Source: Trueperaceae bacterium
GTDB taxonomy: Bacteria > Deinococcota > Deinococci > Deinococcales > Trueperaceae
Assembly: GCA_965214405.1 (NCBI GenBank)
Contig: OZ243956.1
Span: 2,304,001 to 2,368,000, forward strand
Direction: 5' to 3'
Length of the DNA stretch: 64,000 bases
Positions 39,442-50,481 of this stretch are shown here, piece after piece. Position numbers and translations under genes: made by a program. The notes beneath the pieces are model-generated. The model ran no database searches. It was not told the origin of the DNA and worked only from the letters and a program-made list of their open reading frames with translations. How positions within the stretch are numbered: position 1 is the stretch's first letter; each line of letters begins with the position of its first letter.

Positions 39442-39781
39442 ACGGGGTGTCCTTTCAAGAGTTGGCAAGTTAAAGAGATGCTGGCGTGAGAGGGCTGTGT
39501 GACGCAGTGTTGGTGAGGAGCTTGAGAGGAAAGCTCGAGCTGTCTGCTCCCGATGATGAGCCACAGTTTATCGCGCTTTATGCAATCCGCGCGCCTTACC
39601 CTCGGCTCTACCACAAACGCTTCCGATTGAAAAGGTGAGTACACTTACCTTGTCTCATGAAAATATGAAATTTCTCACAGGCTTACGGGTTTCACTTTGG
39701 GGGCGTAAGCGGGTGCTGCGAACCTGGCTATCGGGCTTAGGCTCCCCCACCCCAACGAGCACACAATCCGGGAGAAAGATC

Positions 39782-40207
39782 ATGAGCCACAAATTAGTTT
39801 TGGTGCCGCTCGCGTTGCTGTCGGCTTTACTGTTGTCCGCCGCAGCGCTACTCGCTGCGTCACTGTTGACCCTGTCAAAAGCCGAGGCTGGCCCCATTCC
39901 GCTCAACAGAATCACGGCCTACAACGCGGTCGCGGGCCAGACCGACGCGTCGCCCCACATCTCCTCTTGCGGTCCGACCTTAGAAGACCAAATCGCGGTG
40001 AGCCAAGACCTCTTTTTCGCGGGCCGCGCCAAGCACCTCTGCGGCAAACGCGCCACCATCGTGACCGCTGACGGCAGGGAGTTCGAGGGCGTCATCAACG
40101 ACACGATGAACCGCCGTTATACAAATTCTGCGGATATCTTGTTTCAAAATTATGGGGACGCGAAGAAGTTTGGGGTGAGCGAAGGGTATTTGCTTATCAA
40201 CCAGTAA
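39782..40207 (+). CDS. secreted 3D/DPBB-fold protein, putative peptidoglycan lytic enzyme
   Basis: Signal peptide; TAYN...QTD..P, IAVSQDL and DTMN...ADI motifs. Confidence 0.7.
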   Translation: MSHKLVLVPLALLSALLLSAAALLAASLLTLSKAEAGPIPLNRITAYNAVAGQTDASPHISSCGPTLEDQIAVSQDLFFAGRAKHLCGKRATIVTADGREFEGVINDTMNRRYTNSADILFQNYGDAKKFGVSEGYLLINQ

Positions 40208-40751
40208 CGTTAAGGCCCGCATAAACGTCTGAAAGCGTGAGGGAGATCTCGAGACAAGCAATGGGCACCTCGCCCCCATCCTCCCACACCTGCACTTGCC
40301 AGCCCTGCGCCGTGCGGCTATAGCCCTCCACACGCCTTTTCTCGGGATCTATCAGAAGGTAAGTGAGGAGGCTGGGTAGGGTCAGATAGACGTCCAGCTT
40401 CTCACACCTGTATATAGAGGCCGTGGAAGGTGAGAGGATTTCAGCGATGAAACAGGGCTGCGTTTTGAAGTAGGGGTCTGGGTCTTCGGCGCAAACGACC
40501 ATGACGTCGGGGTAGTAGAACCGCTCGTCTACATACACTTTCATATCGTTCACGTAAACCTGACACCCGCTCGCCCGGCTCGGTTCGTAAAGTCGCGCGA
40601 CCAAGTTGACCGCGACGCGGTTGTGGCTGTCGCTCGCACCCCCCATTGCGTGCAGAATGCCGCCCACGTATTCGTGTTTGACGGGAGAGTGACGCTCGAG
40701 TTCCAAATACGCTTCGGCGCTCAGAAGCTCGAGCCTTTTCACCGTACTCAT
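40197..40751 (-). CDS. Uma2-family endonuclease
   Basis: KHEYVGG, YYPDVMV and AEILSPST motifs. Confidence 0.9.
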   Translation of the reverse strand: MSTVKRLELLSAEAYLELERHSPVKHEYVGGILHAMGGASDSHNRVAVNLVARLYEPSRASGCQVYVNDMKVYVDERFYYPDVMVVCAEDPDPYFKTQPCFIAEILSPSTASIYRCEKLDVYLTLPSLLTYLLIDPEKRRVEGYSRTAQGWQVQVWEDGGEVPIACLEISLTLSDVYAGLNVTG

Positions 40752-40775
40752 ACTTCAGAGCCTACCTCTCACACC

Positions 40776-42650
40776 CTAACGTTTCTTTCTGGCGAGACTC
40801 GGCGGCATCCGCATCCGCCTTTCGGCGTCGCGCGCGGCCAGCATCGCGTTGATTTCGCGCAGTTCGGCGTAGTAGTGCCCGAGCTTTTCGGGCGGCAGGT
40901 TCGGGTCGGTGAGGTAGCCGCTCACCTCCTGCATTCTTTCTAAGAGGTGCTTGCGCTGACTCTCCTTTTCGCCGTCCAGATAGAGTTCGCGGAGGCGTGA
41001 GAGCGACTTCTGGATGTGCCCCTCGACGTCGATTTTGCGCCCGAACTCCTCCTCAGACGCCTCTTCTTGCGAGAAAAGGCGCTCGAAAAGGATGCGACCC
41101 TCGTCGCGCTCGCGGTAGCGCAAGAGAATCGCGCGGTCGTCAAAATCGCATTCTTCGCAAATCGCGTGAAACTCGCGGAGCAGGGAGTCGTGTGCGTCTA
41201 CGGGAGGCAACGCGGCCTCGAGCAAAAATAAGCGTTCGCGGAGCCTAGCGGGCTCGAGCAAAAGAAGCGCAACCACCTCCAACTCAATGACCGCGACCTG
41301 CGAACTTCCCCCCCGTGCGCGCTGCATCCCCTTGACTTGGGTGGTGTCCAAGCGGCGCGTGCGCTTGCTGCTCACCCAGTCGTCCAAGCGCGCGCCGTCA
41401 ATTTTTAAGTGGTCGATAACCAAACGGCGCATTTCAGACGCCACCGGGTCGAACACGTCGCGGGGCCTCAATGCGGGCAGGAGTTCTTGCAACACGGCTT
41501 TTTTGCCCTCGAGCCCGCTCACATCAAACTTACCCTTCACCGTCTTAAAGCGAAACTCGACCTCGGACAAGCCTTCGCCCAGCGCCCGCCGAAAATCTTC
41601 AATGTGACCGCCCAGCACCGCGTCGGCGGGGTCTTTGCCGTGGGGCACCCGCACCGCCTTGACCAGAAACTGACGGCCCACGGACTGCTCCAAGCCCGAC
41701 AAAACCGCCCGCCCCCCCGCCTCGTCGGCGTCAAACGCGAGGTAGAGCCGCCCCACGTCGAGGCGGCTGAGTTCCCCCGCCTGCTCGCTCGTCAGGGTTG
41801 CGCCGAGCGCGGCCACGGCGTTCTCGAAACCCGTCTGGTGGAGCGCAATCACATCCATATAACCTTCAACGACGATGCACTCGTGCGAGGCGCGAATGGC
41901 CGCTTTAGCGCGGTCCAAGCCGTACAGGAGTTCGGTTTTGTGAAACACGTCGGTCTCGGGCGTGTTCATGTATTTGGGCATCGCGTCGTCCAAGACGCGG
42001 CCCGAAAAGCCGACCACGCGGCCCAGATAGTCCTTGATGGGAAACATCACCCGGTGGCGGAAGCGGTCGTAGCGCCGCCCCGAGTCGGCCTCGGCGATGA
42101 GGCCCGCGTCCAGGAGGTCTTGGTCCGATATCCCTTTGTGGAGCGCGTGCTTGAGCAGGCCGTCCCAGCTCTCGGGGGCGTAGCCTAAATCAAAGGCTTC
42201 GATACTCCCCAACGTCAACCCACGCCCCAAAAGGTAGTTCTGCGCCAGCCAATCTCGAGCCGACAGGTGCGACTTGAAATACTCCAAGGCCAACTCGTTT
42301 ACGTCGTAAAGGTCGCGCCGCTTATTGCTTTGGGGGCTCGCCGGGGTAACCTCGACGCCCGCTCGGTGGCCCAGCGTTTGCAACGCCTCGAAGAAGTCCA
42401 CCCCCTGCTCGCGCATCACGAAGTCGAACACGTCGCCCTTGGCCCCGCAGCCGAAGCAGTAGAAAAAGCCGCGCTCCTGATGCACGTGAAACGACGGCGT
42501 CTTCTCGCCGTGGAACGGGCAGAGCCCCTTGTACTGGTCGCGCCCCGCCGGTTTGAGCGCCACCGTCTCGCCGACAATCTCGACGATGTCGAGACGTTGG
42601 CGGATGCGCTCTTTGGCGTCGTTGGACGCATGTGACGCAGCGTTGGGCAT
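40776..42650 (-). CDS. dnaG: DNA primase
   Basis: CPFHGEKTPSF zinc finger; KYMNTPET, EGYMD and FDADEAG TOPRIM motifs. Confidence 0.97.
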   Translation of the reverse strand: MPNAASHASNDAKERIRQRLDIVEIVGETVALKPAGRDQYKGLCPFHGEKTPSFHVHQERGFFYCFGCGAKGDVFDFVMREQGVDFFEALQTLGHRAGVEVTPASPQSNKRRDLYDVNELALEYFKSHLSARDWLAQNYLLGRGLTLGSIEAFDLGYAPESWDGLLKHALHKGISDQDLLDAGLIAEADSGRRYDRFRHRVMFPIKDYLGRVVGFSGRVLDDAMPKYMNTPETDVFHKTELLYGLDRAKAAIRASHECIVVEGYMDVIALHQTGFENAVAALGATLTSEQAGELSRLDVGRLYLAFDADEAGGRAVLSGLEQSVGRQFLVKAVRVPHGKDPADAVLGGHIEDFRRALGEGLSEVEFRFKTVKGKFDVSGLEGKKAVLQELLPALRPRDVFDPVASEMRRLVIDHLKIDGARLDDWVSSKRTRRLDTTQVKGMQRARGGSSQVAVIELEVVALLLLEPARLRERLFLLEAALPPVDAHDSLLREFHAICEECDFDDRAILLRYRERDEGRILFERLFSQEEASEEEFGRKIDVEGHIQKSLSRLRELYLDGEKESQRKHLLERMQEVSGYLTDPNLPPEKLGHYYAELREINAMLAARDAERRMRMPPSLARKKR

Positions 42651-42898
42651 GGGCGGCTCCAGAGGAGAACGTGGGGTGCTTCTTGAGAGAGTGAGAAAAC
42701 GGACGCGCGATTCGGGTCAGGCTAGGGTCATGCAAGTATTAAGTTTTACAGTTTAGCATATGGGCGTTTTTGGAGGAGGGCTCGAGACGTCCTAAAAGAG
42801 CTCCCGTAAAAACACACGTCTAAAGAACCGGGAGAAAACCCATCCCCGTCGCCCCTTCTCCTTGACTGCCCATGTTAACGCTGTGTACTTTTCGGGTT

Positions 42899-43441
42899 CT
42901 AGGCTTCCGCCTCGTGCGGGTAGAGCGGCAGGTGCCCCAACGAAATCACGTCCTCGCGCTCATCACCCTCGGTGAGAACGGCCAAGGTGGCGACGACCTC
43001 GCCGCCAATCTCGACTAGCAGTTCCGACAGGCTGCGCAAGGTGCCGCCCGTACTCACCACGTCGTCGATGATGGCGACGCGCTTGCCCCTAATCCTGTCA
43101 ATGTTCGCGCCGTCGATGACCAGCATTTGCGGCTTCCCCGTGGTGATGGAATGCACGGTTGTGGACACGGCGTCCACCATGTAGGGCTTCTCAGACTTGC
43201 GCGCGACCACGTAAGGAATCCCGGTACGCACGCTCATCGCGTGGGCCAGAGGCACCGCCTTGACTTCAGGTGTCACCAAAACATCCACGCCGTCCGGCAT
43301 CTTACGAGAAAGCGCCTCGGCGGCGGCCTCGGTGAGTGGAGCGTCGCCCAAGAGGTTGAGGAGCGCCACGGACACCGCGCCCACGCTGACGACGGGCAGG
43401 TCGCGCTGTTCAGAGCCGATTTGAATCGCGTGCGTTTTCAT
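42899..43441 (-). CDS. type I phosphoribosyltransferase (APRT-like)
   Basis: [16 protein letters not shown]-binding motif. Confidence 0.85.
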   Translation of the reverse strand: MKTHAIQIGSEQRDLPVVSVGAVSVALLNLLGDAPLTEAAAEALSRKMPDGVDVLVTPEVKAVPLAHAMSVRTGIPYVVARKSEKPYMVDAVSTTVHSITTGKPQMLVIDGANIDRIRGKRVAIIDDVVSTGGTLRSLSELLVEIGGEVVATLAVLTEGDEREDVISLGHLPLYPHEAEA

Positions 43442-43561
43442 TAGCTTCTCCCAACCGTGCTCAGTTTGGCAGGTTTCTTGAATGGGTGGCTTGGTGAGGG
43501 CTCGAGTCGGCCCACTCTACCAAACTGCTTCTTTGAACGTTACTTTTCTGGAGCCGGAATC

Positions 43562-44440
43562 CTAAAATACGACTGTCTTGTTGCCGAACACGAGCACCCG
43601 GTCTTCTAAATGCGCCGCCACCGCGCGAGCCAACACCGCCCGCTCGACCTCCCGCCCCACCCGCACCAAGTCGCTCACGTTGTGGCGGTGCGACACGCGC
43701 CGCACGTCCTGCTCGATGATGGGGCCTTGGTCCAGGCTCTCCGTCACGTAATGCGCCGTCGCGCCGATGAGCTTGACGCCGCGCTCGTACGCGTGCTTGT
43801 AGGGGTTCGCGCCCACAAAGGCGGGCAAGAACGAGTGATGGATGTTGATGATGCGCTTCTCATAGCGGTCCACAAAGGTGCTCGTAAGAATCTGCATGTA
43901 ACGCGCGAGCACGACCACGTCCACTTGACCCTCGAGAAGCTCCAACACCCCCGCCTCCTGCGCCTCTTTGGTCTCCTTGGTTACAGGAAAACAGTAAAAG
44001 GGCAGGCCGAAGCCCTCAGTCAGCTCACGCAAATCCTCATGGTTAGAAACCACAAAGGGAATCTCAACGTCGTACTCGCCGCTGCGCGCGCGCCAGAGAA
44101 GTTCTAAAAGGCAGTGGTCGTACTTAGACACCATAATCGCCATGCGCTTGACCCGGTCGGCGTAGGCGACGCGCCAGTCCATCCCGAAGGGCTTGGCGAC
44201 GACCTCGGCAAAGGCGCGCTCGAGCCCCGCCCGGCTCACGTCTAAGCCGTCAATCCGGAACACCATCCGCATAAAAAAGGTGCCGCCCGAGGGGTCGGTG
44301 GAGTGCTGCGAGGAGTCGAGCACGTTGGCCCCGTGGGTGTAGAGAAACTGTGACACCGCCGCGACGATGCCGGGGCGGTCGGGGCAGGAGATGAGCAGGC
44401 GGGCGGTGTTGGCGTCGCGGGAGGGGGTAGGGGAAGGCAT
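43562..44440 (-). CDS. purU: formyltetrahydrofolate deformylase
   Basis: [16 protein letters not shown] and [11 protein letters not shown] motifs. Confidence 0.96.
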   Translation of the reverse strand: MPSPTPSRDANTARLLISCPDRPGIVAAVSQFLYTHGANVLDSSQHSTDPSGGTFFMRMVFRIDGLDVSRAGLERAFAEVVAKPFGMDWRVAYADRVKRMAIMVSKYDHCLLELLWRARSGEYDVEIPFVVSNHEDLRELTEGFGLPFYCFPVTKETKEAQEAGVLELLEGQVDVVVLARYMQILTSTFVDRYEKRIINIHHSFLPAFVGANPYKHAYERGVKLIGATAHYVTESLDQGPIIEQDVRRVSHRHNVSDLVRVGREVERAVLARAVAAHLEDRVLVFGNKTVVF

Positions 44441-44499
44441 GGGGGAGTAGCATAACGCAAGTAAAGTGGAGAGTGGTTAGTGGTGAACGAAAATGAGGA

Positions 44500-45102
44500 T
44501 GTCCGCCTATGCCCCCTGCGGCGCGGGCTCGAGTACAGAAACAAGACCAAGAGCGGCAGCACGACGAGGCACAGCCCTAAGCCGAGCAGCAGCGAGGTCT
44601 GCCGCCAGCCCAGCCAATTGATAAGGAGCAGGCTGCTCGGCACCAAGACGAGCAGCCCGGTAGCCGCCCCGGTCTCGATGAGGCCGAACGCCAGCCTGCG
44701 CTTGGCCCTGAACCACCGCGTGATCGCCACTGACGCCACCACGGGCGAGGTGGCGCTAAAGCCCAAGGTCGCCAAAACGCCGTAAAGCGCCAGCAACTGC
44801 CACGCGTGTTGAGCAAAGAAAGTCAGGAGGATGCTAGCGCCCACCAGCAGGACGCCGACGAGGAGCAGCCGCTTTGCGCCCCAGGTGTCGGCGAGTCGCC
44901 CGACCAGCGGCTGCGTCAAGCCGTAGAGGAGAAAGGAGACGAACGAGATGAAGGTCACCGCGCCGCGGCTCACGCCGAAGTCGTTCTCCCAGGGCGTCAC
45001 GAACGCCCCGAACGAGAAGCGCACCCCCTGGGCGGCGAGGAGGGTGACGAAGCACAAGGCTAAGACGACCCAGGCGTAGTGAGGGAGCTTGAGGCGGCCC
45101 AT
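44500..45102 (-). pseudogene. truncated MFS transporter (N-terminal half only)
   Basis: GRLADTWGAKR motif A and about 6 TM helices, then non-MFS sequence running into purU. Confidence 0.7.
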
Positions 45103-45104
45103 AG

Positions 45105-45512
45105 CTAGCCGTGGAGCGAGAGCCCTTTGACGAGCTTGTCCGCCACCTTGCGCTCGGCGCGGAAGGCTAGACCTACCAGCTTTAAGTCTGCGCTTTTGAC
45201 CGCCTTGACGGCGGCGCGGTTGGCCTCGTCGTGAGGCGTGCTGAACAGCTCTTCGGTGTAGAGGGCGAAGTCAACCTCGCGGCTGCGCGCCCGTTCATAA
45301 ACGGTGCGCAGCTTCTCAGCAGAAGCCTCGTACACCATGACGGGCTGGACGATCATGGGCAGGTAGCGCGCCCCGTCCGCGTCTTCAAAGGGCTTGCCGA
45401 GAATGTCGTAGCTGCCTGCGATACCGCTGGTAGTAAAGGCGGTGACGTTGAGCTTCTGCCAGACGGCTAGGTCGTCCCGGACGACGACGGCGATCTTCGT
45501 ATCAAAGGTCAT
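45105..45512 (-). CDS. DUF2000-family protein
   Basis: FDTKIAVVVRDDLAVWQKLNVTAF...KGLSLH. Confidence 0.8.
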   Translation of the reverse strand: MTFDTKIAVVVRDDLAVWQKLNVTAFTTSGIAGSYDILGKPFEDADGARYLPMIVQPVMVYEASAEKLRTVYERARSREVDFALYTEELFSTPHDEANRAAVKAVKSADLKLVGLAFRAERKVADKLVKGLSLHG

Positions 45513-46358
45513 CCACCCAGCTTGACGGCCCCGTTTCTGCCCGTCTTGGAAGATAGTGACTTCCGGCGTAGCGCCCTTCATCACGCGCTTAAAGTGCAAA
45601 TTGAGGTGGCTCTGGTCGCAAAAGCCCACCTCGAGCGCCGTCTGGGCAGGGCTCACACCTGTCCGCAACAACCGCTTGGCGTGCTCGACGCGCCGCTGAA
45701 TGAGATACGTGTAAGGCGGAATGCCTACCGCACGTTTGAAGGTGCGGATGAGATAGGCGCGGTTCAGACTCACCAGATTCGCCAACTCGTCAAGCGACAC
45801 GTTGGTCCTAAAGTGGGCGTCAAGGTAATCCCGCACCTCTTTGACCGCCTGGGGTTCATACCCTTTAGGGCGAGGACCGACGAGCAAGGGGGTGTGCTGG
45901 GTCAGCAGCGCGCTGAAAGCTTCTGTCACGGCACTTTCGCGCTCCAAGGCGCTTTCGGAGTGCTCGAGCAGACGGTGCAACGCCCTCAGGTGCTCGGCTG
46001 TTTGCGGCGCGTAGAACGACGAAGTCTTGAAGTAGGGCGCGCCGCGCAAGCCAACGTCTCGCGCTAGCTCATCTAGTGCTTCCTCGCTCGGGTAAAAGGT
46101 GCGGTGGCTAATGAGCACATCCTCGGGCGCGTAGCCGCTGTGAACGTCTCCAGGATTAAAGGTATAGACGCTATTTTGAGGAAGGTAGCGGGTTTCACCG
46201 CGGCTTTGATTGACCACCACGCCGGTGTCCACCACGCCGACAGTAAATGTGTTGTGCATGTGTCTGGGATAAGCTGGGTCGAGGAAGTTAGAGCGTAGCA
46301 TCTCCATACCGCTCAGCTCGCGGGCGAACCAGAAGGCGGTTTGTCCAGGCTGCGGCAT
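45513..46358 (-). CDS. AraC-family regulator, lacking its own stop and in frame with the DUF2000 gene
   Basis: YPRHMH cupin; SLDELA...LIRTFKRAVG and GFCDQSHL HTH motifs. Confidence 0.85.
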
Positions 46359-46463
46359 ATGTAACAGTTTAGCGCAAAAAGTGGCAGAACTTTGGGTCGC
46401 TCTCCGGGCCGTAGGTTTAGTAGGGGTGCGAAACAGCGTGTTGCCGATGATGTAGACTCGCCT

Positions 46464-47369
46464 ATGGCACACACAACGTTTAGCGGCATCATCCCCCCGG
46501 TTCCTACGCCTTTTACCAAGGCGGGCGAACTTGACTTAGACGCGCTTCAAAAGCTTATAGGAGCGCTCGAGCCCTTCGTAAACGGCTTTGTCATCCTGGG
46601 CTCGAACGGTGAGGCAGCCTTCTTGAGCGAGGAGGAGCGGCGGCGGGTGCTGGAAAGTGCTCGAGAGGTCATCCCTAAAAACAAAGTCATGCTCGCAGGG
46701 ACGGGCGGCGAGGCGACGCGGTTGGTAGCGGCGCGTAACGAAGAGGCCGCCGCGGTGGGCGCGGACGCGGCGCTCGTGCTGCCGCCCCACTATTACAAGG
46801 GCGGGATGACGGACGGGGTGCTCGAGCAACACTACGTCACGCTGGCCGATAAGAGCCCTCTGCCCCTCATGCTCTACAACATCCCCGCTGCGACAACGCT
46901 GAGCCTTTCGCCCGCGCTCGTCGGGACGCTCTCTCAGCACGAACAAATCGTGGGGCTCAAGGACTCGAGCGGCAACATCATGGCCCTCACTGAAATCATG
47001 CGCCGCGTGCCCGAAGACTTTACCGTCTTGACCGGCAACGCGCCCACCTTTGTGCCCGCGCTTTCTCTGGGTGCCAAGGGCGGCATTTTGGCGGTGGCGA
47101 ACGTGGCGGCGCGGGCGTATCGGGGGATGCTCGAGAGCTTCTTACAAGGCGATTTAGAGGCGGCGCGGCGTGCGCAACTGCGTTACAACCCGCTCGCGCT
47201 GGCCGTGACCGCACAATACGGCGTGCCGGGGCTCAAGGCCGCGCTACGGGCGCAGGGGCTTTCGGCGGGTTATCCAAGAGCGCCTTTGCAAGATGTGGGC
47301 CGGGAGGCGCAGGAGAACATTAAGAGCCTATTATCTGCACAAGAAGACTTTTATGAGCGAGTTGGATGA
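46464..47369 (+). CDS. DHDPS/DapA-family class I aldolase
   Basis: GSNGE, LYNIP and GLKDSSG motifs. Confidence 0.88.
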   Translation: MAHTTFSGIIPPVPTPFTKAGELDLDALQKLIGALEPFVNGFVILGSNGEAAFLSEEERRRVLESAREVIPKNKVMLAGTGGEATRLVAARNEEAAAVGADAALVLPPHYYKGGMTDGVLEQHYVTLADKSPLPLMLYNIPAATTLSLSPALVGTLSQHEQIVGLKDSSGNIMALTEIMRRVPEDFTVLTGNAPTFVPALSLGAKGGILAVANVAARAYRGMLESFLQGDLEAARRAQLRYNPLALAVTAQYGVPGLKAALRAQGLSAGYPRAPLQDVGREAQENIKSLLSAQEDFYERVG

Positions 47370-47955
47370 GCTTATTCGGAATTTTAACCTCAGCGCACTA
47401 GCTGTTATCGGCTCGAGGGCTCGAGGCGATAACGGAGACTTTTCGGACTTAGACCTCATTGGCGTGGGAGAACAGCAGGCGTTTCATAAGCTTACACACT
47501 TACAGCACGACACCGAGCTTCATATCTGCACCCATCCCGCCTTTTATGAACAAAAACCCGGCTGGTGGTACGCGCTCGAGGATATGAAAATCGTTTTGGA
47601 TGACGGCTCTTTTGCTAAGTTGCTCGAGCTTTTGCCCGTGTGGCGTTCTGAGTACAAATCCGACGCTTCGGATATCGAGAGGAATCGCTACTGGCTCGAG
47701 TCCTCGAGGCGCAAGCTGAAAAACAGCCACACCGAGCTGAGGATAAGCTACGAAATCGCCACAGCTTTTTGGCAAATCCTGTCGGGTTCTTTTCTCGTTC
47801 GTGACATGCCCGTACCCGCGAACTCGGACATGCTCAGGCTTGCTCCTCAGGTTATCGGTGATGCCCGGTTCAACGATTTATTGGTGGGTGACTGTCTGAG
47901 AAGAAAAGCGGTTGCTTTGGAAATAATTGACGAGGTAACTCTCGCGTCCAAGTGA
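47353..47955 (+). CDS. nucleotidyltransferase-domain protein
   Basis: IGSRARG...SDLDL Pol-beta motif. Confidence 0.75.
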   Translation: MSELDELIRNFNLSALAVIGSRARGDNGDFSDLDLIGVGEQQAFHKLTHLQHDTELHICTHPAFYEQKPGWWYALEDMKIVLDDGSFAKLLELLPVWRSEYKSDASDIERNRYWLESSRRKLKNSHTELRISYEIATAFWQILSGSFLVRDMPVPANSDMLRLAPQVIGDARFNDLLVGDCLRRKAVALEIIDEVTLASK

Positions 47956-47976
47956 ACACGGTAAGGTAGAACCTCC

Positions 47977-48741
47977 ATGCGCGTCATCAGCCTCAACCTC
48001 AACGGCGTCCGCGCCGCGTTCCGCAAGGGCCTGCCCGAATTTTTAGAGGCGCGCGACCCGGACGTGCTCTGCGTCCAGGAACTCAAGGCGCACGAGGCGG
48101 TGATTCCGGCGCTGCCGGGATTTGCTCACGCCCACTGGCACCCCGCCGAGCGGCGCGGGTACAGCGGCGTCGGCATCTTGTCCAAAAGAAAGCCTGACAG
48201 TGTGGTGGTAGGCATAGGCTGTGAGGTTTACGACCTCGAGGGCCGCGTCATCCGCACCGATTTTGAGAATCTGAGCGTGCTGAGCGTTTACGTGCCGTCG
48301 GGCTCGAGCCAGCCCGAGCGCCAAACTTTCAAGATGCAGTTTTTAGAGCATCTTAAAGAGCACGTTGCAGGACTTCTTGCCCAAAAACGGAGTCTCCTCC
48401 TTTGCGGCGACCTCAACATCGCGCACCGTGAGATTGACCTGACCAACTGGCGCGCGAATCAGAAGACGAGCGGCTTCTTGCCCGAAGAGCGGGCGTGGTT
48501 TGACGCTTTTTTAGAACTTGGCTTGGTGGACGCTTACCGCGAACTCGTCGGGCTGGACACGCCTGTTTATTCATGGTGGTCGTTGCGGACGGGGGCGCGC
48601 TCTCGCAACGTGGGCTGGCGGCTCGACTATCAACTGGCGACGCCGGACGTGGCCGCTAGGGCGTACCGGGGAAGTGTCCCGCGCGAGCCGGTCTTGTCGG
48701 ACCACGCGCCGGTGGAACTCGAGTACAACCTAAACTTTTAG
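47977..48741 (+). CDS. xth: exodeoxyribonuclease III
   Basis: NLNGVRA, QELK, GDLNIAH, GWRLDY and SDHAP motifs. Confidence 0.95.
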   Translation: MRVISLNLNGVRAAFRKGLPEFLEARDPDVLCVQELKAHEAVIPALPGFAHAHWHPAERRGYSGVGILSKRKPDSVVVGIGCEVYDLEGRVIRTDFENLSVLSVYVPSGSSQPERQTFKMQFLEHLKEHVAGLLAQKRSLLLCGDLNIAHREIDLTNWRANQKTSGFLPEERAWFDAFLELGLVDAYRELVGLDTPVYSWWSLRTGARSRNVGWRLDYQLATPDVAARAYRGSVPREPVLSDHAPVELEYNLNF

Positions 48742-48837
48742 AAAAACCCTTGGGGAAATTTTTATAGTTCAAAGCTCCGGCAATACGTTACAAAGAGGGC
48801 GCGCGTCAAACGGTAGAGTGCCCCACGTGATTCCGCT

Positions 48838-50469
48838 GTGATTCCCTCTCTTTTGCGCCCCCACCTCCCCATGTTCAGCCGCGTCTGGCGCCTCGCCTTT
48901 CCGGTCATTCTGGCTAACCTGATGCAGAGCTTCGTCAACATCGTGGACGTGTTTATGGCGGGGCGCTTAGGACCCATCGAAATTGCCGCCGTCGGTATGG
49001 GCAATACGGTGCGGATGCTCGTGCTGGTCGCGGTTTTGTCGGTTACCGCAGGCTCGATGACGCTGGCCGCGCAGGCCAAGGGGGCGCGGGATCCGACAAG
49101 ACTTTCGTTTGTTACACGTCAGTCGCTTTCACTCACGGTGCTCTTGGCGCTCGTGTTGAGCATTATCGGCTGGTTTACCGCGGAGCCGCTGCTCGGCTTT
49201 CTCAACTCCGACGGGGACCCAAGGGCGGTGGCGCTGGGAACGACCTACTTGCAAATCCTTTTTGTGGGCACGATTTTTCTGGTCGGCAACTTCTCTATCA
49301 ACTCGCTCATGCAGGGCGCGGGCGACACGGTCACGCCGCTCTACTTGAGCGGCGGTATCAACGTCCTCAACATCCTGTTCAACTACCTCTTCATGTTTGG
49401 CCCCGGCCCGCTGCCTGAGTTCGGCGTGGCGGGCGCGGCGATGGGGACGGTTTTTGCGCGGGCCATCGGCGTGGGGGCGGGGCTCATGATTTTTTACAGC
49501 GGCAAAAACGTGATTCGGCTCCTCCCCGGCTCCTATCTGCCTGACTGGCGGATGTTTGGCGACATCTTAGCCATCGGCGTGCCGTCGGGTTTGCAGGGCG
49601 TGGTGCGCAACAGCGCGCAGCTTCTCGTCTTGCGCATCATCACCTCCACCGCGGCGGGCACCTACGGCGCGGCGGCGTTGGCGATTGGTTTGCAGATTGA
49701 GTCGTTGGCGTTTATGCCGGGGCTCGCCGTCAGCGTGGCGGCGACGAGTCTGGTGGGGCAGGCGCTCGGGGCGTGGCAGGTCGAGGAGGCGCGGGCGGAG
49801 GGCAACGTCGCGCTCGCGCTGGGCGTGGTGACGATGACGACGCTCGCGGTGCCTCTTTTTGTGTTCGCCCCCGCGCTCGTCAGACTTTTCGAGCCGAGCG
49901 CGCACCCGACGGTTATCAGCGCGGGCACGTCGTATATCCGTATCAACATGCTCGCGCAGCCCATTTTGGCTTTTGCGATGGTGCTTAACGGCGCGTTGCG
50001 CGGCGCGGGTAATACTCGGCCCGGTCTCGTCGGGACGGTGCTGGGGCGCTGGATTGTGGCGGTTCCTCTCGCGTACGTGCTGGCGCTTCCGTTGAACGTC
50101 GGCGTGGCGGGGGTCTGGTGGGCGCTTTTTGCGGGTACGACGGTTCAGGCGCTCTACGTTTGGGTGAGGTGGCGGCGCGGGCGCTGGGTGGGGGTAGCGC
50201 TGCACAAGACGCCCCTCTACCGCCGCCACCTGCGGGGGTTGCCCGAAGCGGTGCAGGCGCGATTTTTGGAAACCGTCCGCACCCCGCTGATGGCCCTCGA
50301 GGACGCCACCGAACACCTCACCCCCGAGGGCGTCGTCTACACCACGCCGGACAAAACCTACCGGGTTACGTTCGTGGAGGATGATTTCACGGTGTCGGCT
50401 TCACCACAAAAGGTGACGCGTCCGGCGCTCGAGCCCACCCCCCAAACCGCGCTCGCTTACGGCGACTGA
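48838..50469 (+). CDS. MATE-family efflux transporter
   Basis: GAGDTVTP, GVAGAAMGT and ALRGAGNT motifs; about 12 TM helices. Confidence 0.9.
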   Translation: MIPSLLRPHLPMFSRVWRLAFPVILANLMQSFVNIVDVFMAGRLGPIEIAAVGMGNTVRMLVLVAVLSVTAGSMTLAAQAKGARDPTRLSFVTRQSLSLTVLLALVLSIIGWFTAEPLLGFLNSDGDPRAVALGTTYLQILFVGTIFLVGNFSINSLMQGAGDTVTPLYLSGGINVLNILFNYLFMFGPGPLPEFGVAGAAMGTVFARAIGVGAGLMIFYSGKNVIRLLPGSYLPDWRMFGDILAIGVPSGLQGVVRNSAQLLVLRIITSTAAGTYGAAALAIGLQIESLAFMPGLAVSVAATSLVGQALGAWQVEEARAEGNVALALGVVTMTTLAVPLFVFAPALVRLFEPSAHPTVISAGTSYIRINMLAQPILAFAMVLNGALRGAGNTRPGLVGTVLGRWIVAVPLAYVLALPLNVGVAGVWWALFAGTTVQALYVWVRWRRGRWVGVALHKTPLYRRHLRGLPEAVQARFLETVRTPLMALEDATEHLTPEGVVYTTPDKTYRVTFVEDDFTVSASPQKVTRPALEPTPQTALAYGD

Positions 50470-50481
50470 GATGGGGCTAAC

